Shown one piece after another: positions 47,228 to 57,893 of a stretch of DNA of 64,000 bases (positions are counted from its first letter, which is position 1; each line of letters starts with the position of its first letter). Source of the DNA: an uncultured bacterium (GTDB lineage: Bacteria > Armatimonadota > Abditibacteriia > Abditibacteriales > Abditibacteriaceae). Both the position numbers and the translations under genes were made by a program. Location: the NCBI GenBank assembly GCA_963843795.1, contig CAWJLW010000006.1, forward strand, positions 1,364,001-1,428,000, given 5' to 3'. The notes under the pieces are model-generated. The model had not been told where the DNA came from and made no database searches. It worked only from the letters and a program-made list of their open reading frames with translations.

Positions 47228-50056
47228 TCACTTCACCAATTTCGCGCGGCCCCACGCGCCGCGATCTCCCGAATTGCGCGCGCCGCCGTTCCACATGAAT
47301 TGGCGTCGCCCGTTTGTCGCGTCGTTCAATCCAATATCGAACAGCAGTTCTTGATTTTCTTGTGGCGTAAAGCCCAAACCAGCAAACGGAACTGCGGCTT
47401 CGATGGTGTAGCCGTCGTTGCCGACATTTTTTACTACTTCCATTTTAACTTCGCTTTGCGCGGGCGCATTGTTGAAATACCAGCGATAGCCGTCGGCGCC
47501 TTTGTGCGCGCTGAGAAGTACTTGGCGGTCGCCGAACTGCATTGGGCCGCCTTCGGCTAATTTGTCGTGTCCGATGAACAGTTCGATGGAATCGGCGGCC
47601 CAAATTGAATCGGGCGGGTTATCGTTTTGCATCGGCGTGGGGTCTTTCACAACGGCGAAAAGATACAGATTGGTGTCGTCCCATGCCATGCGAAAGTCGG
47701 CGCTGATGCCCGTGCCATCGGTGCCCATTACCAAGTTCGCGGGCGTGATGCGTTCGGCGGGCAAACCCGGCCAGTTGTCCTGAATGCCATTAATCGTCAT
47801 GCCGGGCAACGCGCGTGGAATCAGCAACACCCTTTGCGCTTCGCCCTGCGTGCCGGAAAAGCGCGCGTCCTGATAACGAAAGGGCGCTTTTTCGCCCAGC
47901 AGAACCGGATAAACATTGGCGTTGGCCTGCGTCGCTTCGGCCAGAAATTCTTTGTAAGGCCGGTCGGCCACATTCACCAGACCGATGTTGCCCTTTTCGC
48001 CATTATCGCCTTCAAACCAACGTCCGGTTAGAGGCTGATCGAGATAAGAAAACCATTCATCCCCAATCACAAAGCCCAGCGCCGCCGCGCCTTCGACGTA
48101 ATTGCGATAAGCCAGACCGCGTTCCTCCTGACTTTTTACCTGACGCGCGCCACCCGACAATCCCTGATTGGTCGCGCCATAATGCCACTCGCTGAGCAAA
48201 ATGGGACGCCCGCCGCTCAGCGTGTGAATTCGCTGGAGGAAATCAGCTTCCAACGCATAGGTATAGTAATTGGCCGAAATTACGTCGAGATATTTGCCCG
48301 CCGCGCGGCACACTTGATCGCTGTTGGCTGTGCTGGATAGCCAACGGCTGCCCAATAGCAAATGATTGGGGCAATATTTATCGTAAGTTTGCGCGATAAG
48401 CTTGTAATAACTGTCCAGAAACAGGTCGAAGTAAGCCCTCACATCTTCGCTGGCCGCTTTGGAAACCACGAACAATTTTAGGTCATTCAAGGCTTCAAAA
48501 TTGGCCGCAGGCGTCTTCATTTCCCAAGCTACATTGAATTTTGCGATGTCACCATATTTTTCTTGAAGCATTGTGACGAGGCGGCGCTTGGCGCCCGATT
48601 TTCCATCCAAACCGGGCACGATTTTCGGAATGTTTTCGAACGGCTGTTCGTTGCCCAGAAAATGACCGATGAGCAGCGCATCATCGTTGGACGCTGCCAG
48701 TGCGCCGGAAAAATTTTTGTCCAGTTGTGCTGCGGCATTATCGGCGAACGGATCCATAATGCCGTGCGTATCGGGAACGCTGTCAATACCACTGAAATCG
48801 AGCCAGCCGACATACGGAAAATTTTGTTTCCGCTGCGCTTCGATGCTGTCGGAAAACGCGCCCGAACTATTGAAGCCGAGTTTGCGTGCACGCTCGATGG
48901 TTTGCGCAGTGAAATCTTCGCGGTTCCACGGCTGGCCAAACTTGCGGGTCCAGTTGGTGTTGTAAAACGAAAAAGAAGTGCCGCCATCAATAAACGAACC
49001 AGCGAATTCACCTTCTTTGGGTGGCAGCCAATCGAATTTATCCGTACGATTTTGCAGCAATGTGTAAGAATCGCCGCCGCTGCCTATCGCGCACAATCCG
49101 ATTTGAAAATATAAATTACCAATGGGGTCGACCAAAACTGGCAACGCACCGCGCTTGGCGTCCTGAATTTGCTCGATGTGAAAGAAGCCGGTTTTTTTCA
49201 GTTTTAGCTTCGCGCCGCTATCGGGCAAGCCTCCATAAATATCGCGCGCGGGCATTTTGAAGCTGTCGTAATAGGTCGTGTCGCGCACTACATCGGCTTT
49301 GAGTTCGTCTTCAGAAGTAACTTTGTCGGGAAAATCGACTAATTTCGATTGGCCGAATTTATCAACGATTTGTTTGGGCAATTGCGGAGCGGGCTTGCCA
49401 ACAGCCACGTCCTCGAATTTGACTTGAAAGCTGGTTCTGTTGGCGTCGCGGCCCATGTCATACAGATAAAGCCATTGAAAAGATGTGTTGTTGTTCCAGA
49501 AACGATTGTCTTGCAATTGTTGCCAATTTTTCGGCGCGTCAATGGCCAAAATCTGTCCCAGAGCACTTTTGATTTCAAAACGTCCGGCTTCGCCTCGCCA
49601 GATATTAAAGCCTTCCGGCCCGGCTTTCAAATCGAGCGGCAGGGGTGTGTCTTGTCCATCGAAGCTCACTGTTCCGCCTTCGCGCAAGGTGAAAGGGACA
49701 AACGCACCCAGCGCGATGGTTTTCGCTTCTGGCGAATGTTGCTTGTAATCGAAAGTCACGGTTTTGCCCGCATTATCGAGAAAAGTCGTGATAACAGTGC
49801 CATCGTGATAGGTATAAATCGCGGTCTGCGCGTCTTTGGACTCGCGCAACACAAAGGGAATTTCTTGTTGATCGGCCTTGCGTAATTGTGGTCCGGTGAG
49901 TGTGAATTTCCCCAGATCGCCTGCGTCAATTATAATGCCCTGATCGGAAAGCGAGAGTGCCATAGGAGCCGCTTGCGCTGGATACTGCACGGTGCGCAGA
50001 GGTGCGATGAGAATCGCGGAAAGAAGGAGCGCACGGAAAAGAAAATTGATTTTCAT
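47228..50056 (-). CDS. Secreted glycoside hydrolase (GH50/beta-agarase-like, clan A) with C-terminal CBM9-like domain
   Basis: Signal peptide; LVDPIG, LGFNS, IGHFLGNE, PNHLLLGSR, DVISANYY, PILLSEW; AWDDTNLYLFAVVKD..GYTIEAAVP. Confidence 0.7.
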   Translation of the reverse strand: MKINFLFRALLLSAILIAPLRTVQYPAQAAPMALSLSDQGIIIDAGDLGKFTLTGPQLRKADQQEIPFVLRESKDAQTAIYTYHDGTVITTFLDNAGKTVTFDYKQHSPEAKTIALGAFVPFTLREGGTVSFDGQDTPLPLDLKAGPEGFNIWRGEAGRFEIKSALGQILAIDAPKNWQQLQDNRFWNNNTSFQWLYLYDMGRDANRTSFQVKFEDVAVGKPAPQLPKQIVDKFGQSKLVDFPDKVTSEDELKADVVRDTTYYDSFKMPARDIYGGLPDSGAKLKLKKTGFFHIEQIQDAKRGALPVLVDPIGNLYFQIGLCAIGSGGDSYTLLQNRTDKFDWLPPKEGEFAGSFIDGGTSFSFYNTNWTRKFGQPWNREDFTAQTIERARKLGFNSSGAFSDSIEAQRKQNFPYVGWLDFSGIDSVPDTHGIMDPFADNAAAQLDKNFSGALAASNDDALLIGHFLGNEQPFENIPKIVPGLDGKSGAKRRLVTMLQEKYGDIAKFNVAWEMKTPAANFEALNDLKLFVVSKAASEDVRAYFDLFLDSYYKLIAQTYDKYCPNHLLLGSRWLSSTANSDQVCRAAGKYLDVISANYYTYALEADFLQRIHTLSGGRPILLSEWHYGATNQGLSGGARQVKSQEERGLAYRNYVEGAAALGFVIGDEWFSYLDQPLTGRWFEGDNGEKGNIGLVNVADRPYKEFLAEATQANANVYPVLLGEKAPFRYQDARFSGTQGEAQRVLLIPRALPGMTINGIQDNWPGLPAERITPANLVMGTDGTGISADFRMAWDDTNLYLFAVVKDPTPMQNDNPPDSIWAADSIELFIGHDKLAEGGPMQFGDRQVLLSAHKGADGYRWYFNNAPAQSEVKMEVVKNVGNDGYTIEAAVPFAGLGFTPQENQELLFDIGLNDATNGRRQFMWNGGARNSGDRGAWGRAKLVK

Positions 50057-50157
50057 AAACGTTGCTTAAGACAATTGTGCTGAGGTTTACCTAAGGGTGG
50101 CTTTCTCAGTAAGTCCGAAATACAAACGTAAAATTGTATTTTTTGAAATTGCAATTG

Positions 50158-50197
50158 AAAACGCCCCGCAAGTACTTGCGGGGCGTTTTGTTTTTTT
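50158..50197. terminator. Terminator-like 32-bp palindrome centred on the 12-mer with A/T tracts
   Basis: AAAACGCCCC-GCAAGTACTTGC-GGGGCGTTTT. Confidence 0.75.
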
Positions 50198-50204
50198 AAA
50201 ACAC

Positions 50205-52385
50205 TCAAAAAGCGCGCGTGGCTAACAACACCTGGCGCTCGTCGTCGCCAGTTTTTTGCAAACGCGCGATGAGGAACGAACCACGCTGTTGCACTTCGAC
50301 GTTGTAATCGGTTGGCTTGCCGTCGAGCTTGGCTTCACCCGTGTTTGGTTTGGCTTTATCGTCGTCTTGCAGTGCGACTTTTAGCAGATTGTTTTCGATG
50401 CGGAATTGCAATTTCACTTCGGGCGCTTGACGGCCCGAAGCCAGCAGAACCACGAATTGTTGTTTGTCGGTCAATTCCGGAACTTGAAATTTCAACTGTC
50501 CATCGCCCCAGAACGCGCCTTTGTGCCACAGTGTGTCCGCTTTTTTGATATCTGCGGGAGTTGCGGCAACCGGCGCAGGTGCGCCGTCGGCTACAGGACG
50601 CACTGGCAGCCAGAAGCCTTCGGGCGTGCTCCAGCCTCCCATAGTTTCAGCTTGCTGTTCGGCTTCATAAAGTTCTGGTACTTTGGCCCACGTCGGGCGC
50701 TTTTCCGGGAATGTCACACTCCACGCTGCGATGCGCGCGGACGCATTTTTGCCCGCGCTGGCTAGAATGCCGGGACGGCCCATCGCTAAATCGGTATCAA
50801 AAGCATCCAGCACACGCCCGTTTTCATTGGAAACTTTCAGATAACCATCGTTTTCGCTGAAACTCCACGCCATTTCGCGGTCGTCGTAATCGCTGCCGCT
50901 TTTAATTTCGGCCAAAATTTGCTTTTTGTCGCCCAATGTTTTGATGATTTGCGTGCGACCAGCGAAGCCATCAGTGCTTTTCGAGCCGCCGATGCGCAAG
51001 GTATAAACGCCGTCTTTGCTCTGGTTCAGCAGCAAACCGCCACTTGCCGTGGCCGGTACTTTGAGGCGCGCACTGACGGTGTAATTTTCCCAATCGTTTT
51101 GTCCGGTCACGGCCTGCGAAAGCGCGATTTGTGAAGTGGCCGCGCCTTTCCAATTCCAATTGCCGTTGAGGGTTTGCCAGCGACCGGGGACGAATTCCTC
51201 GAAATCTTCGTGCAAATCGTGCTCGGAGCGCACGCGCACATCATCGAAAAACGCGCTGCTTTTATCGTCTTTGGTATCAGCTTTAGTCACGGCATACACT
51301 CCGGCCTGACCGCGCCCGAATAAGTTGCTGCGCGCGCGCAGAATTTCGCTATCGTCGATGAAGGCGCGCACCGTGCCACCTTCCACGCTGAGCCGCAAAT
51401 TATACCACTGCATATCTTCAAAGCCGCCGGGCGCGGTGGCCAGAACGCGCATCTGACCGCGTACAATAGCACGTAGTTCAACCGTGCCAGAATTTGCATC
51501 CAACACGTCCGTGCGACGGCTCCAGTGCAGCAGCAAGTAATTGTCCTTGTCCTGCGCGTAAGCCACAACTCCAATCGCCTCGGCACCTTCGGGTCGCGCG
51601 GCGGCTTCGATGCTGTAATCGTTCCAGAATGGACGACCGGTAAACGCCAAATTCAAACCGGGCGCAGCGGTTTTAAACGCGAACGCATTCACGCTTTGCG
51701 CGACCTGAGCTTCAGCGTTTTCGCTGAGACCGGTGGTTTCCCATTTTCCGCTTTGCGCCTGCCATGTGTCGGCGCCATCTTTCACGTCGGCGATGCGAAT
51801 ACCTTTGTGCGGGTCTTTAACGGCTGAGGCGAAGGCGACATCTTCTTTAACGCGCATGAAATCGTCATCAAACGCAATGTCTTCGACCGGCTGCACGCGA
51901 ATGCTGGAAACGCTTTTGGGCTTGCCACGCCAAGCGATTTTTCCGTCCTCAAAATCGCCGTTTTCGCTTTCAAACCAGATGCGCTTGCCCGCGATGATGC
52001 GCCAAGTGCGGCCACGCCGCTGCACGACCCACTCGCCCACAATCGGCTTTTCTTTGCGTTGCGCCAGCACGCTGATTTTGCCATTTTGTTTTTCCGAAAG
52101 CATGATGCCTTCGGGCGCGAAACGCAGAATGTAACCATCGCCATTTTCTTGCTCGGCGAGCATCCATTCGACGGGAAATTGTTGTGCGCCAAAGCTGAGA
52201 TCGAAACCGCTGGCTTCGGCTTCATCATCGAGATAATTCCAGCCCGATGCAGCGACGTTGGCCGTTGTAGCGGGCGTTGCAGTTTGTGGCGGCGTTGCGG
52301 TTTGCGCGAGAGCGGGCAAAGCGATAATCGGGAGCAGTGCGGCGGTGAAAAGAAAATGTCGTGACATGGCAAGTTTGGAGTTCAT
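50205..52385 (-). CDS. Exported hypothetical protein with repeated beta-sandwich (DUF1080/lectin-like) segments
   Basis: Signal peptide; WNDYSIEAA..WYNLRLSVEG..FDDVRV and a second WENYTVSARL unit. Confidence 0.6.
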   Translation of the reverse strand: MNSKLAMSRHFLFTAALLPIIALPALAQTATPPQTATPATTANVAASGWNYLDDEAEASGFDLSFGAQQFPVEWMLAEQENGDGYILRFAPEGIMLSEKQNGKISVLAQRKEKPIVGEWVVQRRGRTWRIIAGKRIWFESENGDFEDGKIAWRGKPKSVSSIRVQPVEDIAFDDDFMRVKEDVAFASAVKDPHKGIRIADVKDGADTWQAQSGKWETTGLSENAEAQVAQSVNAFAFKTAAPGLNLAFTGRPFWNDYSIEAAARPEGAEAIGVVAYAQDKDNYLLLHWSRRTDVLDANSGTVELRAIVRGQMRVLATAPGGFEDMQWYNLRLSVEGGTVRAFIDDSEILRARSNLFGRGQAGVYAVTKADTKDDKSSAFFDDVRVRSEHDLHEDFEEFVPGRWQTLNGNWNWKGAATSQIALSQAVTGQNDWENYTVSARLKVPATASGGLLLNQSKDGVYTLRIGGSKSTDGFAGRTQIIKTLGDKKQILAEIKSGSDYDDREMAWSFSENDGYLKVSNENGRVLDAFDTDLAMGRPGILASAGKNASARIAAWSVTFPEKRPTWAKVPELYEAEQQAETMGGWSTPEGFWLPVRPVADGAPAPVAATPADIKKADTLWHKGAFWGDGQLKFQVPELTDKQQFVVLLASGRQAPEVKLQFRIENNLLKVALQDDDKAKPNTGEAKLDGKPTDYNVEVQQRGSFLIARLQKTGDDERQVLLATRAF

Positions 52386-52498
52386 AACGCTCGTAAAGTC
52401 GCGCGGAATAAAACGCGGTTGCCAAAAATTCTCTCATAAAATTCATTGCAAGTACTTGTAAAGGCGAATTTATCGACTGTAATGAGGTAAATATCGCT

Positions 52499-52960
52499 AT
52501 GCAAACTTTATGGGAAAAATTGAAGCGGCATTGGACGGAGAATCAGGCCGAAATCAATCAACCGGCGACGAGCGAAGCCATCGCACAATTTGAAAATCAG
52601 CGTCAGCTTTTCATACCGTCAGACTTCAAAGCATATTTGTCGAATGTCAATGGCATGAAAGATAAATCTGAAATTGACGAAGATTCCATTGCTTTTTGGT
52701 CGCTGAAAGATTTGAAGCCCTTGACCGAAGACGATTGGTATAACAGTTGGCTCGTCATGGACGATGCCGATGAATTTTTCGTTTTTGCCGATCATTCAAT
52801 GCGCGTTTACGATTTCGCGGTGCGCTTTTCCCGTAGCGCGACCCAAAGCACGCCGGTTTACTTCGTTAGCGGCCCGCCGCGTCAAATTGCGGAAAACTTT
52901 ACGGAATGGATTGAACGCTACCTCGCTGGCGATAACGAGGCGATTTATCCGAATTTCTAA
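52499..52960 (+). CDS. SMI1/KNR4 family protein
   Basis: PATSEAIAQFE..IPSDFKAYLSNVNG...FAD...IAENFTEWIE. Confidence 0.85.
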   Translation: MQTLWEKLKRHWTENQAEINQPATSEAIAQFENQRQLFIPSDFKAYLSNVNGMKDKSEIDEDSIAFWSLKDLKPLTEDDWYNSWLVMDDADEFFVFADHSMRVYDFAVRFSRSATQSTPVYFVSGPPRQIAENFTEWIERYLAGDNEAIYPNF

Positions 52961-53051
52961 AACCAGAAAGCTATCGATATTGAACAAAAAGCGCGCTGCA
53001 AGTACTGCGCAAGTAACTTGCAGCGCGCTTTTCGTCATTGAAGTGACAAAC

Positions 53052-54995
53052 TTATTTTTCGTCTTTATCGGTGTGGAAAGAGTCCGCTGGCAAGCCCGCC
53101 GCGTTATACAGCGAGGCGCGTGGATTATTCGACCAGGCAAAGCGCGCATACATCGGTTTCGGCACTTCAGCGCTTTTCAGCGTAACGGTGTCGCCCTCAA
53201 TTTGAGGCGTCGCCCAAACAAACTTTTTATCGGCACCGGCAATCGCAAAAACGCGGTTGGCGTCGCCTTTGAGATTCAAGCCTTGCGCGTGCGAAAACTT
53301 CAATTGCAGCGCGCCGTTCATCGGTGTCGCGCTCGCTAAAGTTGGGCCGCTGCTTTCGATTTTCTCGCCATAAGTTTGCGATAGCGCGGCCAAAGCTAAA
53401 CGCAAGCCGACATCTTGTTTGTTTTTGGGATGAATATCGCCTTCTTCACCGATGTCGGTGATGATAGCGATTCCAGTATTAGGCAAATTACGCGCGGTCA
53501 TCGACTGCGCTTCGCGCAAGCGCGGCCAGCCGTCGTCGCGTGGCGTGTCGTCGGGTGCCATGAAGTTGGCTAATTGCACAATGTAAAACGGCAGTGGCGT
53601 GGCGAACTTGGCGCGCCAATCGCGAATCATCGTTGGAAGGAGCGTTTGATACTGCTTGGCGCGACCAGCGTTGGCTTCGCCCTGATACCAGATCGCGCCT
53701 TTTATGGCACCGGGCAACAAGGGCGCGATCATGCCGTTATACAATACGGTCGGCGCGTTGGGATTGTTGGGCGGCAGCGGCGTGGCGGGCAAATCTTTTA
53801 AAGCCGCGCCAACTTGCATTTTCCACGGTCCGTTCAAAGGCATCGCGTCGGTCCCGCGTTGCAAATTCATGGCGCTGGCATCGCCACCGAAACCGCCGCC
53901 GCCGCCGGTATCCAGCACGCGCACCGCGATGACGTTGCGTCCGGCTTTGACTTGTGCACCCGGCACAGTGTAGTTGCGCACCGCGTCGTAGCGCTCCGTA
54001 TGGCCGATGGACGTGCCGTTCCAGAAAGTGGTGTCGTTGTCGTCAATCGGGCCTAAATTCAATTTCAAATCTTTGCCAGCCCAGTCTGCAGGAATATCGA
54101 TGGTACGGCGGTACCAAACCACGCCATCGAAATCGGCCATGCCGTTTTGTTCCCACTGGCCGGGCAGAGTTGCCGTTTTCCAATTGTCGTCCGCGAATTC
54201 TTCGGTTTCATAACGTGCTTTAGTGCCGGGATCGTTTTGCCACCACGCTTCCATTTTCTCCGCGAAATTGCTGGCGTTATCCATCGTCTCTTTTTCCAAA
54301 GAAGTCACAGCGGGCGCAAAATCGGGCATAGTTTTGAGTGCCTCGCCGCTTGTCCACGCTTCGGCAGGCGTGCCGCCCCATGTCGAATCGACCAAGCCGA
54401 TGGGAATTTTCAACTCTTGATTCAATTTGCGCCCGAAGAAATAACCCACAGCCGAAAAATTGCCGACGGTTTGCGGCGTAGTGATTTTCCAGCTTTCGTT
54501 ATTGAACGTCTTTTGCGGCGTGGTTTTAATCGAATTGCCGATGTGCAGCAAACGAATGTTGGGATAATCGGCAGCCATTTTTTCATCCGCGGAATTATTA
54601 ACGCCATTGACGGTAAATTCCATGTTCGACTGTCCCGAACACAGCCACACATCGCCGAACAGAAGATTTTCGCGCGTGGCATATTCGCCTTGTTGCGCGC
54701 CGGCCACGACTAATTTGTGCGGGCCGCCCGCTTGGTGCGCAGGAATTGTTGCCATCCAGCGTCCATCGCCTGCGGCTTGCACCGTTTGCGATACGCCATC
54801 GAATTTGATCGTGACTGTTTTGCCCGGAGTCGTCCAGCCCCAGATGGGAACTTCGCGGTCGCGTTGCAAAACTGCATTTTCGGAAAACAGCGGATGCAAA
54901 AATGGCATTTCCGGTTGAGCCTTTTCCTGCGCCTGCGACGTTGTGCTCATCATCAACAATCCAGCGCCTAACGCGCCCATCGTCTTCATCATCAT
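53052..54995 (-). CDS. Sialate O-acetylesterase (SASA) with inserted sugar-binding domain
   Basis: GDVWLCSGQSNM, WGGTPAEAW, LYNGMIAPL, WYQGEAN, DIHP. Confidence 0.92.
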   Translation of the reverse strand: MMMKTMGALGAGLLMMSTTSQAQEKAQPEMPFLHPLFSENAVLQRDREVPIWGWTTPGKTVTIKFDGVSQTVQAAGDGRWMATIPAHQAGGPHKLVVAGAQQGEYATRENLLFGDVWLCSGQSNMEFTVNGVNNSADEKMAADYPNIRLLHIGNSIKTTPQKTFNNESWKITTPQTVGNFSAVGYFFGRKLNQELKIPIGLVDSTWGGTPAEAWTSGEALKTMPDFAPAVTSLEKETMDNASNFAEKMEAWWQNDPGTKARYETEEFADDNWKTATLPGQWEQNGMADFDGVVWYRRTIDIPADWAGKDLKLNLGPIDDNDTTFWNGTSIGHTERYDAVRNYTVPGAQVKAGRNVIAVRVLDTGGGGGFGGDASAMNLQRGTDAMPLNGPWKMQVGAALKDLPATPLPPNNPNAPTVLYNGMIAPLLPGAIKGAIWYQGEANAGRAKQYQTLLPTMIRDWRAKFATPLPFYIVQLANFMAPDDTPRDDGWPRLREAQSMTARNLPNTGIAIITDIGEEGDIHPKNKQDVGLRLALAALSQTYGEKIESSGPTLASATPMNGALQLKFSHAQGLNLKGDANRVFAIAGADKKFVWATPQIEGDTVTLKSAEVPKPMYARFAWSNNPRASLYNAAGLPADSFHTDKDEK

Positions 54996-55039
54996 TCGTT
55001 CCTTGTTGTTTTGAAATCGTGCTGCAAGTACTTGCAGCT

Positions 55040-56146
55040 TTAAACCGCTGCTTTGTCGCGCCCAATCTGCAACGATTGCAGCGGAATGAGCGGCTGATTT
55101 TGATTCAGTGCGCGCAACTGTCCGCACGCGCCCGCGACATCGGCCCCGCGCTGCACACGTTGCGTCACGTTCACGCCCGCGTTTTCCAAGATGCCGCGAA
55201 ATTGCGCCAAATCTTGCGCTCGAGGCGAAACAAACGAATCGCTTTCAAAAGTCGCGTCTGGCACTGCATTCCAGGGAATCAGGTTCACATGACAAGGCCA
55301 ACCCTGACAGAGTTGCGCCAAACGCTTGGCCTGTGCGGGTCGGTCATTAACGCCTCCCAAAACTACATATTCAAACGAAACGCGCCGTCCGGTCGCGCGC
55401 ACATAATCGCGCGCCGACTGGACAATATCTGCGACACCTGTTTTGCGACTGGTTGGAATCAAGCGATGGCGCAGTTCATCATCCGGCGCATGGAGTGAAA
55501 TCGCTAACGTGAGCTGCCATTTGCGCTCGGCCAAACGCGCGATGCCATCCAAAATGCCGACGGTCGAAAGCGTGATGTTGCGCATCGGAATGCCCATTTC
55601 ATCGTGCATCAACTCGATTGTTTTGAACACATTGCGCACATTGAGCAACGGCTCGCCCATGCCCATAAACACGATGTGAGTCGGCACCGTGCGCTGCGCA
55701 TTCGCATCATCGTTTTGATTTTCGCGCATCGCCAAAAGCGGTTGCGCGATGATTTCAGAAACATCTAAATTACGCCGAAAACCACCCAATCCAGTCGCGC
55801 AAAACGCGCACGCCATCGCGCAGCCGGCCTGACTGGAAACGCACACGCTGACGCGGTCGGAGTAGGGCAACCGCACCGTTTCGATGCGCTCGCCATCGTT
55901 CATGCGTAGCAAGTACTTGCACGAACCATCCTGTGATTGATGCCGCTCAATAGTTTCTGGAAAATTGATTTGATGTTTATTTTGGAGCTGCGCGCGCAGT
56001 TCGCCGCTCAAATCGCTCATCTGTGCGAACTTCGTCGCCCCGCGCCGATATAGCCACGCGGCGATTTGGCGTCCACGAAACGGCGCTTGATTCATTTCGC
56101 CCAGCACGCTTTCGAGTTCTGTGGTGTTAAGTCCCAGCAATTGCAT
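55040..56146 (-). CDS. rlmN: Dual-specificity RNA methyltransferase RlmN (radical SAM)
   Basis: CVSSQAGCAMACAFCATG, FMGMGEP, SLHA, NLIP, GACGQL. Confidence 0.96.
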   Translation of the reverse strand: MQLLGLNTTELESVLGEMNQAPFRGRQIAAWLYRRGATKFAQMSDLSGELRAQLQNKHQINFPETIERHQSQDGSCKYLLRMNDGERIETVRLPYSDRVSVCVSSQAGCAMACAFCATGLGGFRRNLDVSEIIAQPLLAMRENQNDDANAQRTVPTHIVFMGMGEPLLNVRNVFKTIELMHDEMGIPMRNITLSTVGILDGIARLAERKWQLTLAISLHAPDDELRHRLIPTSRKTGVADIVQSARDYVRATGRRVSFEYVVLGGVNDRPAQAKRLAQLCQGWPCHVNLIPWNAVPDATFESDSFVSPRAQDLAQFRGILENAGVNVTQRVQRGADVAGACGQLRALNQNQPLIPLQSLQIGRDKAAV

Positions 56147-56327
56147 AGAACGCAGTTTACAACTTCGCCAAAAATCTACTGCGCAAAAAGCGCGCTGCCA
56201 GTACTTGCAGCGCGCTTTTTGCTGGCAGACATTCAGGACACTTTCCTAAAATGCAATTTTCGTAATAAATGCCACACACAACGCTTCCGGTTCCAAAAGT
56301 GATTGCTTGAATTGGTGAGGTCTTCAG

Positions 56328-57779
56328 TCAACGCTTGATCGTTGGCGCTGCGTTCAGGAAATAGGGTGTGTCTACCAATTCCCGATATAAATCAATTTCC
56401 TGCGGCCCGAACGATTTGTCGCCAACGGGCGCGATACCTCCGCCGATGCGGTAATCGGTGTAGGCGTTATCGAACCAGACAATGGTTTCTTTGCCGCCTT
56501 CGATTTTCTTAAGCGGAATCCATTCCGGCTTGGCCAGTTGGAACCACACGATGGCTTTGATTTGCGGAAAATCGCGATCAACAGGCTTCAATAATTTACG
56601 CCCGCTGCGTGCTGCATAGCCTTTGGTGCCGTAAACGCCTTGCATCCAGCCATATTCAGCGTCGTTCCAATAGCCAGTTTTCCATTCGTTGTTGATTAAA
56701 CCGCGCTGCAACTGGCTTAAATCGCTGCGGTAGGAAAGCGTGGCTGAGGTTTCGCAAATCATCATCGGCTTGCGCTTTTGAACGGCAAAAGTTTGATAGA
56801 AATTGACGCTTTCATCTTTCGGCGTTTTCGGGTCGTCCATCATGTCATTGGTGATGCTGTTTGCGAACTGGCCGCCCCATAAATGCGCGCCTGGCATCGG
56901 CATATTGAAGCCGCGTTCGTAAGTGTCCAAACCGACCCAATCGACGACATCATCGCCCGGATAGAATGGTGTGAAAACATCGCGCTGCTTACCACCCAGA
57001 AGTCCGGTATTCGGACACCAGATCAGCGCCGCATTGGGCGCAAACTGCCGGAACATTTTCGCCACATTGCGATAGGCCACTCGATATTTGGCGGCTGTGA
57101 AACCGGTGCCTTCATCGGCATCGCGCTCCAAGTTCTTGTTTTTGTCGGCCCATTCGGCCCACGGATACCACGAGCCGTTCATTTCGTGTGCGAACCGAAT
57201 GAATAACGGTTTATTCCATTGGCCTGCGCCAATCGCGAAACGTTTGGTCGCTTCATAGCATTTGCTGCCCGGCTGCCAATCGTCGACGAATTGAAAAGGA
57301 TTGCCAAAGGGTTCTAGCGTGAGGATTGGCGCCGCGCCGTTGTCATTCGCGGCCTGGGCAAAAGTTTGGGGCGCGAGCCATCCACGCGGGTCGCTGTCCC
57401 ATCGAGGAAAAGTACCATCTTCGGCGGGAAACTGCACGAAACCCATTTGCAGCGCGTGATGCTTGCCACTTTGCGTGTTCCATTCGCGCATCAGACCCGC
57501 AAGTACTTGCGGGCTGCCATTGGCCGCCTGCGCATCGACCGTCACGCCGAGATACGCCCCGTAAGCCGGTTCGTAAGTTTGCTGAAGCAAAGGAGGGATT
57601 TTGGGTGCAACCGGCGCGGTTTTAGACGGCACTTTCTGTGCGTGCGCTTGCACAACCGGCGCGTCGAGAATCGCCGACAAATTCTCCGGCGGCGGAGCGG
57701 GTTCACTCATGCCCCGGATTACAGCGCTGCTGGCCAAACATGGGAGCAAACCGACTAAAATCGCTTTCAAGTAATCCAT
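56328..57779 (-). CDS. GH26-family glycoside hydrolase (exported)
   Basis: IRFAHEMNGSWYPW, YPGDDVVDWVGLD, KPMMICET. Confidence 0.85.
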   Translation of the reverse strand: MDYLKAILVGLLPCLASSAVIRGMSEPAPPPENLSAILDAPVVQAHAQKVPSKTAPVAPKIPPLLQQTYEPAYGAYLGVTVDAQAANGSPQVLAGLMREWNTQSGKHHALQMGFVQFPAEDGTFPRWDSDPRGWLAPQTFAQAANDNGAAPILTLEPFGNPFQFVDDWQPGSKCYEATKRFAIGAGQWNKPLFIRFAHEMNGSWYPWAEWADKNKNLERDADEGTGFTAAKYRVAYRNVAKMFRQFAPNAALIWCPNTGLLGGKQRDVFTPFYPGDDVVDWVGLDTYERGFNMPMPGAHLWGGQFANSITNDMMDDPKTPKDESVNFYQTFAVQKRKPMMICETSATLSYRSDLSQLQRGLINNEWKTGYWNDAEYGWMQGVYGTKGYAARSGRKLLKPVDRDFPQIKAIVWFQLAKPEWIPLKKIEGGKETIVWFDNAYTDYRIGGGIAPVGDKSFGPQEIDLYRELVDTPYFLNAAPTIKR

Positions 57780-57893
57780 CACATTTTTTAAAGCGGAATA
57801 AACACCAAGGGTGCATTGAACAACAAAAGAAGATAATCCAAAGACAATTCGCTTTTCTATTCTTTTGAGATTCTTTGCACCCTTGGCGGTCAA

